From: Candidatus Latescibacterota bacterium
GTDB lineage: Bacteria > Latescibacterota > UBA2968
Reading direction: 5' to 3'
Length of the DNA: 64,000 bases
NCBI GenBank assembly: GCA_965198115.1
Contig: OZ240241.1
Coordinates: 7,552,001-7,616,000 of the forward strand
In this document: one piece after another, positions 53,679-64,000 of the stretch
Position numbering within the stretch: the first letter of the stretch is position 1
How the letters are laid out: each line of letters begins with the position of its first letter
The notes under the pieces: model-generated
What the model was told of the DNA's origin: nothing
What the model saw: only the letters and a program-made list of their open reading frames with translations
The model's database searches: none
Program-made: the position numbers and the translations under genes

Positions 53679-55457
53679 TCAATCGACGGCTGCGGGTTGC
53701 TCCTCGGGTTGGTCTTCCTCCTCGTAAACCGGTTCTCCGCGATAAAGTCGGAGCGCGATGCGAAGGGTCTGAAGCATTTCGCGCTGTGTGGGCGCGTGGG
53801 CGGCGAGGTAACGCGCCGCTGCGACCATGACAAGGCGCTTCTGCTCGTCGTCTTCCAGCTCGTGAAACTGGCGAATGGCCACCTCGAGCATCTGGAAGCT
53901 GTGAAACTCCGCATCTTCGCGAAGCAGGGATTCAGCCAGCACCTTGAAGAGCGCCCCGGGATCGCCGCCGTTATTCAAATACGTGTAGACGCGGGCACCG
54001 GCTTCATCGGTCTGCGCCTGATTGTCCAGGGGGTCGAGGAAGCGACTGTCGAAATCGGAGACCTCTCCGTTTCCGGACGCCTTGCTCGAAGCGGGGAGTC
54101 GGGCGGGTGGGATGTTGAGGAACCGGTCGAGGTAGGTGCGCATGGCGCCGTGTATGACGCCTCGAAGCAGATCGACCGTTGGGGCGCGTTTAATGAGCTG
54201 GTGCACGGCACTGTTGAAGCTCAACGTGTGCAGCACGCCGATCCAGTCGAAGAATTCGTTCTGTATATGGAAGCGCGTCACCCGAAGGGCGGCGGCGTAA
54301 GTCACGGATCGAGCCAGAAGCTCGGGTGTTGCGCCATCACGCAGGGCCTGGCTCAGGGCGGCGAGCGTCTGATGCGGATCGTCCCCCAGCAGCACGTCGT
54401 AGAAGTCTGACGGCGGAGACCACGATTTTCCGGCTCCTTCCTCGAGGAGCGCGGGTAGCTGCGCTTCGGTGTCTGCAACCAGTGGTACGAGGTCGACCGG
54501 GTGGCGCCAGACATTGAGTTCGGCCCCACGCTGGGCTGTGCAGAGCTGCTGAATCAGGGACTGAAGCACTTCCAAGGCGTGTTCCCAGCCGACGCGATCG
54601 AGCATTTCGAAGGCTTTGTTGATGAAGTCGACGACGTGGCCCGTGTCGAGGTAGATGTGGTCCGTCGCAGCGGCCCCGATCAGGTCTGCCAGCTCCGCAT
54701 CTGTGGCGCCGATTTGGACGGCCGTTAGGACGCACCGCTTCGCGCCGTCGACGTCACGCACTTCGACGAAGGTGCGGAACCAGCGCTTGAGTGTCGCGAC
54801 GTCTGCATCCTGGGTCTCGAGCGGGGATAGGTCGATCTTCGGTGGCTGGTTGGCGCAGTCGCGGGCGACGTGAACGAGGCCCTGGTAAAGAGGCGCGATA
54901 CGCTCGTCGCCGTCCAGATGATCCGTCACGTTGGCCATCGCGCTGAGGATGGTCAGTCCGGATGCCCATCCGGAACCGCGGTGGCGGACACCATAGAGAC
55001 CACCCTGAGAGACAATCTCGTCAGGGTCGGCGCCCGCGTTCAACAGCGTCACGACCGCCTTGCCCATCACCAGGCGAAGATTCTGTTCCATTCCTTCCTT
55101 GAGGCGGCGCTTTCCCTTCTCGATCGGATCGCGACGCGCACCGTCGGTGTGGACGTACACGTCGCCGTTTTCGACGGTAACCGGATAAGCGTCGGCGTCA
55201 TCGGCGAAGAGGTCGAAGGTGCAGCCGCTCTTGAGATCGAAACGGGCGTGGTGCCAGTGGCAGGTGAGGATACCGTCGTCGATGGTTCCCTTGTGAAGGG
55301 GAAAACCCATGTGGGGACAGCGGTTGTCGACGGCGCGGGGATCTCCATCGTTGTGCCAGACGACGATGGGGACAGGCCCCTGGGTGATGACGATACACCC
55401 TTCCCTCTTCAATTCGTCGAGTGATCCGACGTGAATCGTTCCGTTTCCTACGGATAT
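53679..55457 (-). CDS. Rieske [2Fe-2S] domain protein with large helical C-terminal region
   Basis: CPHMGFPL...CHWHHARFDL Rieske motif; RBS GAGGAGG precedes an in-frame ATA at 55457. Confidence 0.88.
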   Translation of the reverse strand: MSVGNGTIHVGSLDELKREGCIVITQGPVPIVVWHNDGDPRAVDNRCPHMGFPLHKGTIDDGILTCHWHHARFDLKSGCTFDLFADDADAYPVTVENGDVYVHTDGARRDPIEKGKRRLKEGMEQNLRLVMGKAVVTLLNAGADPDEIVSQGGLYGVRHRGSGWASGLTILSAMANVTDHLDGDERIAPLYQGLVHVARDCANQPPKIDLSPLETQDADVATLKRWFRTFVEVRDVDGAKRCVLTAVQIGATDAELADLIGAAATDHIYLDTGHVVDFINKAFEMLDRVGWEHALEVLQSLIQQLCTAQRGAELNVWRHPVDLVPLVADTEAQLPALLEEGAGKSWSPPSDFYDVLLGDDPHQTLAALSQALRDGATPELLARSVTYAAALRVTRFHIQNEFFDWIGVLHTLSFNSAVHQLIKRAPTVDLLRGVIHGAMRTYLDRFLNIPPARLPASSKASGNGEVSDFDSRFLDPLDNQAQTDEAGARVYTYLNNGGDPGALFKVLAESLLREDAEFHSFQMLEVAIRQFHELEDDEQKRLVMVAAARYLAAHAPTQREMLQTLRIALRLYRGEPVYEEEDQPEEQPAAVD

Positions 55458-55896
55458 GGGAACCTCCTCGAGGTAGCGGGCAAGCGAGAGCGGTCAGAAC
55501 GGTAAAATCGACTGAATTTGAGAATGTAGGTATAGAGCTTTAAGATCGGCCACTGCTCACCTCGAGCGGTGGCCAGGGAAAGAATCGAGCTCTCTTTGAT
55601 CAGCGTGTGGCATGAAGATAGAAGGGAGACGTGATCACGGCATCGGACGGAGGGACAGTCAGGCGGGAAGAATGGGGCAGGGATGGGACTGGACGAAGGG
55701 CCAGGTCACAACGATGGGGCTCCGGCGGGATTAGCCTTGGACGTTGGTCGGGAGGTGCGTAAACCGGCATCATCTACAACACCCCACGTTATAAGTCTAT
55801 CCTAACGCCTCCATCAGCACTTGCCCGCCGTTCCCCGCCGCCTGCCCGCCGTAGCTCGCGCTTGCGAGCGAAGGGCTGGTCGCATCTTGGGTTGCG

Positions 55897-56930
55897 ATGC
55901 GCACCTATGCCACCATCCTCGTTCTGCTGATGTCGGTCCCGGCCTACGCCGTGGACACGCTCCAGGTCACCACGCCCGATCCGGTGACGGAGGCTTGGCG
56001 GTGGACCGAGTTCGATAAGCACGTAGAGACAGTCTTCGACCTGACCGAAGACAGAGATGGCCACGTCTGGCTCGCGACAGGAACGGGAGCGAAGCGGTAT
56101 GACGGGTATCGGTGGACCACCTACACCACGGACGATGGGCTCGCCGACAATGATGTGCGAAGTGTCTATCAGACAAGGGATGGTGCGATGTGGTTTGGCA
56201 CGTTCAACGGGCTGAGCCGGTTCGACGAGCGGGCCCTGAGAACCGGTTCGGCCTCCGTGTGGACGACCTACACTGTGGACGATGGTCTGGCGGCGAGAAC
56301 CGTGAGTGCGTTCCACGAGGCGGAAGATGGTAGCCTCTGGGTGGGTTTTGCCTCTTCTGCCGTAGACTCGAGCGGAACATCAGCCGGGATCAGCAGGTTC
56401 GATCCCGCCGCACATTCCTCGTCTCCAGAATCAGGGGCGGCTGGAAGAATTGCGTGGACCACGATTGAAGTTCCGGATGGTCCTCCAAGGCCAGACATCT
56501 GGGACATCCACCAAGCCTCGGATGGGGCTATCTGGTTCGTCACCTATCAAGGAATCTTACGATACGACGGCCTATCCTGGAAGCGGCACATCAGTGAGTT
56601 TATCCGCTTGCGCGGAAGGATCTGGGAGACCCACGAAGGTTCACTCTGGTTTCCAATGGGGGAGCAGGGACTCAGAAGCTACGATGGGGAAACCTGGGCC
56701 ACATACACAATTCAAGAAATGTCGGGGCGTGATGACCTCCGGGTGCGTCTGGTATGGCAGACGACGGACGGCACGATTTGGGCACGCTGCTATCCCGAGG
56801 TCTTTGCACGCTTCGATGGTGAAAGTTGGAAACGCTATTCTGTCGAGCATTTCATGCTAAGGCAAAGCGGGTTTTACCAGGGAGTGTATCCCGCCAGGGA
56901 CGGAGCGATGTGGTTTTATGGAGCCGCTTA
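55897..56930 (+). pseudogene. Exported two-component regulator propeller (Reg_prop) protein, truncated by IS630
   Basis: Signal peptide; repeats DRDGHVWLAT, TDDGLADNDVRSVYQTRDGAMWFGT; a continuation appears at 58194-58260. Confidence 0.85.
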
Positions 56931-58191
56931 GTACTCCTGTTCTCAAATACGGTGACGTATTCTAAGCAGACTTTGCCAAGGGCGTATCGTAGAACCTGAG
57001 TTTGTCGATCATCTCCGCGAGATCTGTTCGTGTGAACTTCCATTTGAAGGGTGTGGCGATACGTCCGTAGCGTTCCTGAAAACCGAGGATTCTTGCCTCA
57101 AGCTCTTCGAGCGATGCAAATTCGATAGGTGTCAGAGCCTTGCGTTTGAGGATCGAGAAGTAGATCTCGATCTGATTGAGCCAGCTTGCGTGGATCGGAA
57201 GGTGAACGGGGTGGATGTTTGGCCACTTCCCCTGGATACGGTCGATGCATGTTTGCCCTCGGTGCGAGGAGCCATTATCCACGATGAGGTAGACTTTCTT
57301 TGCCGAGCAATAGGGTTTCCGGCTCATGATCAGGCTCAGGAGCCGGTTGAAGGGCTCGATACCCGAAGAAGACTCACAGAGACCGAAGATTCGACCATTG
57401 TGCACGTCGAGAGCAGCCAGATAGGCCAGGGCTCCTTTCCGCTCGTATTCGTGTTTCAACGCGTGCCGCTCTGTTCGAGGCTGGCGGTAGGGTAACGTGC
57501 TTGCGAGCTCGTGCTTGAATACTGGTCTTTTCGTCGGCAGAAAGTACATATTCCCTCGGCCCTAAAGGCTTTCCTTGCCATTGGCGGTGATACAGATCAA
57601 GGACTCTACCTGCTTTGGTTTGGAAGTCCGGGTCCCGTGGGAAAATCCAGGAGCGATGATACCAAGGACGAATCGCGTCCTCGTTCAACCAGCGCCAGAC
57701 AGTGGCGCCGCTGATCTTGGCAACGAAGCCCCTTTGCACTGCCTCGGCGGCAATCTCGGAACAGCTGAACCGCGAGAGCGGTATCCCGCTCTCGCTCGGT
57801 AGTTCACACGCCAGCGCCTTGATCTGAACGACCACCTGAGGGGGGAAAACCGGGCGGGCGCCCGGGACGAGATCTATCTTCGAGTCCCGAAAGACGCTCT
57901 TCGAAAAAGCGCTTACGCCATTTGCTTACGATCGGACGCGGAACATCCAACCGTTGGGCGATAATCTTGTTGGATAATCCCTCGGCGGCGAGAAGCACGA
58001 TTTTCGATCGGATCACTTGATAATACGATAACGTATATTGTCCAGCCATTCGCTCGAGGTCGACCCGTTCCTTCTCAGACAGTAGCACCACATAAGGCGA
58101 ACGTCTTGGCATTGTTCTCCTCCTTTTGAAGGAGAACATAAGCTACAAATAATGTTCAGGACATACGTAATAATATTTATGAAACCATGAC
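56931..58191 (-). mobile_element. IS630-family element (HTH orfA + DDE orfB)
   Basis: Related ends GTACTCCTGTTCTCAAATAC..ACGTAT / GTCATGGTTTCATAAATA..ACGTAT flanked by TA; motifs SADEKTSIQA, DNGSSH, ASWLNQIEIYFS. Confidence 0.9.
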
Positions 58192-58319
58192 TAAGCTGCG
58201 TCGCTTTGATAGCACCTCCACCCGTTGGACCGTGTTTACGGACATTCCTTCGAACGGCCTTAGGGTTTGCCACGAAATAAGTGCTGCACTTTTCAAGGTA
58301 ATGATCTTACGCTCGGAGT

Positions 58320-59528
58320 GTGGACGTCGAAACTCTCCGAACGAAGTATGAAGCCTTGGCTCCGGTGCTGACGGAACGCACGCGTCGTCTGTGGGCCGCC
58401 ACGGAAGCCGAAGCGTTGGGTCACGGTGGGATCGCGATTGTGGCTCTGGCGACAGGAATGTCCAGAGAGCGGATCTTTCGTGGCATTCAGGAGTTGAGGT
58501 CGGACGAACCTTTGGACCCGGCTCGCATCCGGCGTCCAGGCGGCGGTCGTAAGCGGAAGGCCGACACGGACCCGACGCTGTGGCAGGACCTGAATGATCT
58601 GGTCGAGCCAACGACTGCGGGGTCGCCTGACGACAATCCTCTGAGATGGACATCGAAGAGCACTCGCAAACTGGCCGCCGAGTTGCAAGCGATGGGGCAT
58701 TCGGTGAGCCCCAGGATCGTTGCCAATCTCCTGCACGAACACGATTACACGCTGCAGGCGAATCGGAAGACAAGGGAGGGATCTGCACACCCGGATCGGG
58801 ACGCTCAGTTCGTTTACCTCGATGATCGGATTAGCCAGCAGCAGCAGCAGGGCCTTCCCGTTATCTCGGTGGACACCAAGAAGAAAGAGTTGATCGGCGA
58901 CTTCAAGAATCCTGGCCGAGAATGGCGACCCAAGGGAGACCCGGAGCGTGTGAAGGTACACGATTTCATAGTGCCTGCTCAGGGCAAGGCGATCCCTTAT
59001 GGAGTGTATGATCTGAGCCGTGATGAAGGCTGGGTAAGTGTCGGTATCGATCACGACACGGCCAGCTTCGCCGTGAATGCGATCCGAAGTTGGTGGAAGA
59101 ACATGGGACGGCCCGCCTACGGCACTTCGACGCATCTGCTAATCACGGCGGACGCAGGCGGCAGCAACGGCGCCAAGACGCGGCTGTGGAAGTGGGAGCT
59201 GCAGCGCTTTGCGAATCGCACTGGCCTGACGATCACCGTATGCCACTACCCTCCTGGCACTAGTAAGTGGAACAAGATCGAACATCGCCTGTTCTCCTTC
59301 ATCGCTATGAACTGGCGAGGCAAGCCCCTGGTCAGCCTGGCTGCAACCGTGAATCTCATTGCCGGAACGACCACTCAAGCCGGTCTCCGAGTACGCTCCG
59401 AGATCGACAAGCGACCCTACCCTAACGGGGTCAAGGTGACCGATGAACAGATGACCCAAATCGATCTCACTCCGCACGATTTCCACGGCGACTGGAACTA
59501 CACGATCCGGCCAATGGCTCAACATTGA
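58320..59528 (+). CDS. ISAzo13 transposase
   Basis: LRWTSKS, ISVDTKKKELIG, TADAGGSNG, PPGTSKWNKIEHRLF, FHGDWNYTI. Confidence 0.95.
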   Translation: MDVETLRTKYEALAPVLTERTRRLWAATEAEALGHGGIAIVALATGMSRERIFRGIQELRSDEPLDPARIRRPGGGRKRKADTDPTLWQDLNDLVEPTTAGSPDDNPLRWTSKSTRKLAAELQAMGHSVSPRIVANLLHEHDYTLQANRKTREGSAHPDRDAQFVYLDDRISQQQQQGLPVISVDTKKKELIGDFKNPGREWRPKGDPERVKVHDFIVPAQGKAIPYGVYDLSRDEGWVSVGIDHDTASFAVNAIRSWWKNMGRPAYGTSTHLLITADAGGSNGAKTRLWKWELQRFANRTGLTITVCHYPPGTSKWNKIEHRLFSFIAMNWRGKPLVSLAATVNLIAGTTTQAGLRVRSEIDKRPYPNGVKVTDEQMTQIDLTPHDFHGDWNYTIRPMAQH

Positions 59529-59546
59529 GATCGACCGTTTATTTAT

Positions 59547-60966
59547 GGCTCTATCCGGGTTTCTCAACGGTGAAACTATAGAATGACAAGGTCATAGATC
59601 GTTCCCTACGCTTGGTTGTGTGTGTAGGACAATCAAAGCGAAGGGGGTGCGACCTATGACCGGGAGCAGATTACTATCGAAACTGCTGAGATTCAAGGGG
59701 TTCCGTGTTGTCAGCTGGTGGTTTGAGGGGAGAAGCTGTTTCGTCATCGCCGTAAAGCCACATAAGAATGGTTGTTGTTGTCCGGAGTGCGGCCGTCGAG
59801 GTAAAATCGTCCGCACAATGCCCCATCCGCGTCGGTGGCGTGACATTCCGGTGTGCGGGTGGAGGGTCTGGCTTCTCTACCATCCTCGGGAGATTCGGTG
59901 TCCTACCCACGGTCGTGTGGTCGAGGAGATTCCGTGGGCGGAGCGGTTCTCTCGGGTGACGTATCGCTTCGAGTATGCCATGCTGCGCTACTGCCAGACC
60001 ATGACGCAGAAGGCGGCGTCCGAGTTACTGCGCATCTCTGCCTCGACGCTGTCGGATCTCCGTCACCGATCCATCACGCGGCTTCGTGAAGGTCATCGTA
60101 TCCGAGGGCTCAAAACCATCGGGATCGACGAGATCTCCTACGCCAAGCGTCACAGGTACGCCACGCTCGTTTACGATCTGGACCGCTCCTGCGTGGTGTG
60201 GGTTGGCCGCGGCAGGGCGCGTAAAACGATCGATCGGTTCTTCACAGAGGCTCTCAGTCCCTACCGGAGATCCAAGATCGGGTGGGCCTGCTGCGACATG
60301 AGCGAAGCTTACATCGGAGCCATCCAGGAACACTGTCCGAATGCCAAGCTAGTCCTCGATCGCTTTCACATCGTCAAGGCTCTCAATGCCGCCGTTGACG
60401 AGGTCCGTAAGGACCAGTGGCGTAAAGCTGCCCCGGATGAGCGCAAAGCCATGAAGGGCCTCCGATGGCTCCTCTACCGGCACTCAGCGACACGCTCCGG
60501 AGGGGATACTCGGACACTCGAAGCACTGGAGAAGGCGAACTACCGAATCTATAGAGCCTGGAGACTCAAGGACGAGTTCGAGCAGTTCTGGGAATACAAA
60601 GCGCCCTGGGCTGCCGAACGCTTCCTGAAATGCTGGACGACGTCCGCACTCAGAAGTCGACTTGAACCCCTGCGAAAGTTCGTCAGGACCCTGCGACAGC
60701 ACTTCTTCGGCGTCCTCGCATTCGTGAACACGCGTCTTACCAACGCCATCGCCGAAGGCCTCAACCGAATCGTCCAAATCGTCAAGAACCGAGCCAGCGG
60801 ATTCCGCACACTCGACGCATTCAACGATATGATCTTCCTTACCGTCGGAGACATAAACATCCCTGAGCAGATTCCGAAGAGGTTCCGCACACGCTAACCG
60901 CGCCCCCATGCCAGGAACCACGGCACCTTCACCCACTTCATCTCGTTGAGAGATCCGGATATAGCC
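59547..60966 (+). mobile_element. ISL3 copy 5
   Basis: Same IRs; TSD TTATTTAT at 59539-59546 and 60967-60974. Confidence 0.95.
59620..60897 (+). CDS. ISL3 transposase (intact)
   Basis: 425-aa ORF with ISL3 motifs. Confidence 0.93.
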   Translation: MCRTIKAKGVRPMTGSRLLSKLLRFKGFRVVSWWFEGRSCFVIAVKPHKNGCCCPECGRRGKIVRTMPHPRRWRDIPVCGWRVWLLYHPREIRCPTHGRVVEEIPWAERFSRVTYRFEYAMLRYCQTMTQKAASELLRISASTLSDLRHRSITRLREGHRIRGLKTIGIDEISYAKRHRYATLVYDLDRSCVVWVGRGRARKTIDRFFTEALSPYRRSKIGWACCDMSEAYIGAIQEHCPNAKLVLDRFHIVKALNAAVDEVRKDQWRKAAPDERKAMKGLRWLLYRHSATRSGGDTRTLEALEKANYRIYRAWRLKDEFEQFWEYKAPWAAERFLKCWTTSALRSRLEPLRKFVRTLRQHFFGVLAFVNTRLTNAIAEGLNRIVQIVKNRASGFRTLDAFNDMIFLTVGDINIPEQIPKRFRTR

Positions 60967-61101
60967 TTATTTATTATTCCGAACCCTAACCGCTTAAACA
61001 GAGTGTTCAGTGGTTAGGTGTTCAGTGTTCAGGAAGGCACCGTCACACTGAGCGGAGTCGAAGTGTCGGTCGCTGCAACAGGCTTTTGTTCATAGCAGGC
61101 C

Positions 61102-61890
61102 TTATCCCAAAGCCGCAACAAGCGCCTCTTTCGCTGTCGCGCAGTCTTCAAGATTCCTGACTCCATCCTCACCGCGGATACCGATCTCCAGAATCAAGGG
61201 TCCGTCGAACGGCATCTTCTCGATACGCTCGACGATGCGCCCATAGTCCAGCCACGAGTTCTCCGCGAACGGCAGGTGATCCGTCTTGTCCGGAGCCCCC
61301 ACACCGTGCACGTGGAATTGGACGATCTGATCCTCCATCTCGTCGACCATGCCGATCACGTCATCCGTGTCGATCTCAGGTCCTCGGCAGCTCGCGTGCC
61401 CGATGTCGAACAACGCACCGAAATCCGAAGGCCCCACGGCCTGAGCCACCTTGACGTCGAACAGCTCGAACCCGAGCGACATCCCTGATCCCTCCGCGAG
61501 CGCCACCATCTCTTTCCCAACGGCGACATTTCGGTCGAAGGCATCGGGCTCCGGCCTACCAGGATGGACCGTCACCACGTCGGCGTTCACGTCCTTGGCG
61601 AACCGTACCAGCTCCCGGTAGCGTTCCTGCGCGGTCTCCCGTTCTTCCACGTCATCGCTCCCGATGTTACCCATCGACGAAGAGTGGACCGTCGACAGAT
61701 GAAACGACGCCATCAGACTTCGCAGTCTCTCTCGGTGCTCGGCATCGAAAGCTTCCGGGCCCCCGTACGTAATTGGCGTCATCTCGAAAGCACGGAATCC
61801 AGCATCCAACGTCCGCTCGATCCCTTCTTCAGGTGAAAACCCCTTCAGGCACAGGGTTGAAACCCCAATTCGATCAGCCAGCGCAGCCAC
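61102..61890 (-). CDS. Sugar phosphate isomerase/epimerase (xylose isomerase-like TIM barrel)
   Basis: VTVHPG, FDIGHA, FHVHG, DHLP, LILE. Confidence 0.85.
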   Translation of the reverse strand: MAALADRIGVSTLCLKGFSPEEGIERTLDAGFRAFEMTPITYGGPEAFDAEHRERLRSLMASFHLSTVHSSSMGNIGSDDVEERETAQERYRELVRFAKDVNADVVTVHPGRPEPDAFDRNVAVGKEMVALAEGSGMSLGFELFDVKVAQAVGPSDFGALFDIGHASCRGPEIDTDDVIGMVDEMEDQIVQFHVHGVGAPDKTDHLPFAENSWLDYGRIVERIEKMPFDGPLILEIGIRGEDGVRNLEDCATAKEALVAALG

Positions 61891-61928
61891 GATGAACCTC
61901 CCAAGATGTCACAGCATTCTCACTTAAC

Positions 61929-62556
61929 TTAGCCCTCGACGCACCAATCAAGGCAGTTCCGAAGCAGGATCTCGTACGTGCGCTCCCGCCATATCTCAGG
62001 GTTGTGTCCGGGCGTCAACACCGCAACACGTCCATTGGCTTCCGACCTCGTCCATCCGGCCGGCTGTCCCGTGTTCGGAGTGTGTGTGAAGGAAGATGTC
62101 GACGTTCGGGTCGTTCATCTCCATCGTGTAATGTTCATCCTTTGCAGTGAACGACAAGCATCCAGCGGCCAACGGATGCTCCTCCGTTGGCTCGACCGTC
62201 ACATCGCATTGGGGAGGGTGCCCGACGAAAACGCCTCCCATCAAGTTGCGAAGTGTCGGAATCTCCTTGTAGAGCGCCGTGCCTGAGTGGAGAAACAGGA
62301 TCCCGTGACCACGAGTGACGTAGTCGACGAAGGCTTTTCCGGTCTCATCGGTCACCCAGGGAGTTCGATCCTTGTCGGACGTCTGATTCGCCTTCGAAAA
62401 CACGACCAGCGGGTAATCCGCCATCGTCCCGGCCGACCAGTCCGCGGGATCCGTCACGAAATCGAATTCGTATCCGGTGTCCCCCAGCCCATTCAGTCCA
62501 TCCACAGTCAGCGAAGCCGGATGCGCGCAGTCCTCACACAACACCAGCGCTCTCAT
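61929..62556 (-). CDS. ThuA-like (class I glutamine amidotransferase-like) protein; frameshift near 62068
   Basis: GHGILFLHSG, GGVFVGHP, DEHY, PAGWTR, GRVAVLTPGH. Confidence 0.8.
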
Positions 62557-62607
62557 CGGTAGCCTCCAGTCACTACTCAATTTCATAATTTCCCAAAGGA
62601 GTCTGTA

Positions 62608-63357
62608 GTGAATCCAACCACCGAACTCCTTCTCAATCACCGTACCGTCCGCCGATTCAGCGACCAGCCTCTGCCAGAAGGTCTTCTCGAGGAACTCATT
62701 CAATGCGGCCAACAGGCAAGCACATCGAGCAACCTTCAGGCCTACAGCATCATCCACGTGGCCGATCCCGACAAGAAGAAAAGCATGGCCGAACTCTGTG
62801 CCGACCAGCTGCAGATTCATCAGAGCGCAGCTTTCCTCGCCTTCTGCGCCGACCTCCATCGTGACCGCGTCGCATTCGACATGCACGACGGCGAACGATT
62901 CGACGACGAATTCATCGAAGCTGTGCTCATCTCCACAGTCGACGCGGCGCTCGTCATGCAGAACGTCGCCATCGCAGCGGAGTCACACGGCCTCGGCATC
63001 TGCATGATCGGCGCCATCCGGAACAACCCGATTCAGGTGGGCGAACTCCTCGAGCTCCCCGATCACGTCTTCGCCGTCTCCGGGTTCTGCATCGGTTATC
63101 CCGACCCGGATCATCCAACCGCCATCAAGCCTCGACTCCCGACCGAAGCCGTCCTCCACCGCGACCGCTATCTCGACGACGAACAGATGAAGCAGCACAT
63201 GGTCGACTACGACCAGGCCATGGGCGTCTTCTACGAGAGCCAGGGCATGCACGACCGCGATCCACGATGGACGCGTGTGATGTCTGGTCGCGTCGGTCGA
63301 TTCCATCAGCGCGCCGACCTCGACATCTTCCTCAAGAGTCAGGGCTATGACTGGTAA
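62608..63357 (+). CDS. NADPH-dependent nitroreductase (NfsA/Frp family)
   Basis: HRTVRRF, ASTSSNLQAYSII, AAESHGLGICMIGAIRN, KPRLP. Confidence 0.92.
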   Translation: MNPTTELLLNHRTVRRFSDQPLPEGLLEELIQCGQQASTSSNLQAYSIIHVADPDKKKSMAELCADQLQIHQSAAFLAFCADLHRDRVAFDMHDGERFDDEFIEAVLISTVDAALVMQNVAIAAESHGLGICMIGAIRNNPIQVGELLELPDHVFAVSGFCIGYPDPDHPTAIKPRLPTEAVLHRDRYLDDEQMKQHMVDYDQAMGVFYESQGMHDRDPRWTRVMSGRVGRFHQRADLDIFLKSQGYDW

Positions 63358-63422
63358 ATCCTGAAACGGCAAAGGGACCCGACGCCAAGCCGGGCCCCCG
63401 CCACGACACACACGATCCTCGA

Positions 63423-64000
63423 TCACTTCAGCAGATCTAGGATCTTCGTATTCCCATCATAGCTTGCCCACGTGGCCGCCGTCCCTCCGGCTTTATCTCT
63501 GGCCGATTTGTCGGCCCCCGCCTTCACAAGAGCCTGAATGATGGCTCGCTGATCCTCCTCTGCCGGAGCTGAACGTCCGTGGGCCGCCCACATCAGGGCC
63601 GTTCGACCTTTGTGGTCGCGAGCGTTCAGCTTTGCGCCAGCTTTCAGCACGGGCCCCACGACCGCCGGCGATCCCCCATCCGCCGCACACATCAACACGG
63701 TGCGCCCCTCGTGGTTCGCCGCGTCTACATCGGCACCCGCGGCGATCAGAACCTTCACCGCTTCCCCGGCTTGCGCTTTGTAGGCGACCAGCATCAAGGC
63801 CGTATTGCCATCCAGATCGGATGCATTGACATTCGACTTCGCTGCGAGTGAGATCACGCCCGGCCGATTGCCTTCCGCGGCCGCCATCAGCAGGGCCGTT
63901 CTGCCTGTCCCATCGCGCAAACTTGTATCTGCGCCTAGCGTGAGCAGAACGTCGACCGTCTCAGACGGGTCTTCGGCCACAGCCACCACCATCAGTGCCG
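63423..64000 (-). CDS. Ankyrin-repeat protein (5' end outside the window)
   Basis: Repeated GRTALxxAA / GADVDA units. Confidence 0.9.
   Translation of the reverse strand, partial: ALMVVAVAEDPSETVDVLLTLGADTSLRDGTGRTALLMAAAEGNRPGVISLAAKSNVNASDLDGNTALMLVAYKAQAGEAVKVLIAAGADVDAANHEGRTVLMCAADGGSPAVVGPVLKAGAKLNARDHKGRTALMWAAHGRSAPAEEDQRAIIQALVKAGADKSARDKAGGTAATWASYDGNTKILDLLK

Larger units (their letters stand above)
58263..60986 (+). mobile_element. ISAzo13-family element with ISL3 copy 5 inserted at its right end
   Basis: Ends GGGTTTGCCACGAAATAA / TTATT..CCGAACCC; boundaries approximate. Confidence 0.8.

Noticed and set aside
38918-60936. Repeated 150-246 aa antisense ORFs (VGEGAVVPGMG...)
   Set aside because: Shadow frames of the ISL3 transposase; they recur only because the IS does

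Overview
GC-rich bacterial chromosome segment. The gene content (flagellum, PhyH dioxygenases, propeller and ankyrin proteins, fused GlyRS) resembles uncultured FCB/PVC-type lineages such as Ca. Latescibacterota; this is a weak inference. 1-10 kb is a flagellar late-gene cluster (flgA, flgH, flgI'-'flgN fusion, flgK, flgL, fliW, csrA) followed by a giant multidomain glycosyl/methyltransferase. 10-37 kb holds housekeeping and envelope genes (thiT, HDOD protein, rsmD, two-component pair, glycosyltransferases, fused glyQS, ppk1, yceI, MFS, GDPD, a sigma28-driven DUF5610/YjfB pair, murC, LD-carboxypeptidase, M48 protease). 38-61 kb is IS-riddled: five near-identical ISL3 copies (one tandem pair), IS256, IS630 and ISAzo13, several nested and with readable target duplications. 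Many genes carry single-base frameshifts or short deletions typical of an unpolished long-read consensus, so pseudogene calls are provisional. The best find is a gene missing from the ORF track: a 90-aa DUF5069-like protein (12759-13031, minus) with an in-frame UGA where I recall the family having Cys, a bacterial SECIS-like hairpin, and its own promoter, RBS and terminator, i.e. a candidate selenoprotein. Other leads are a YceI with a 10-Cys NPC-repeat tail, a dif/Xer-like site pair flanking a one-gene module, a heptamer repeat that may phase-switch the glycosylation enzyme, and a promoter-equipped rod-like RNA upstream of rsmD.
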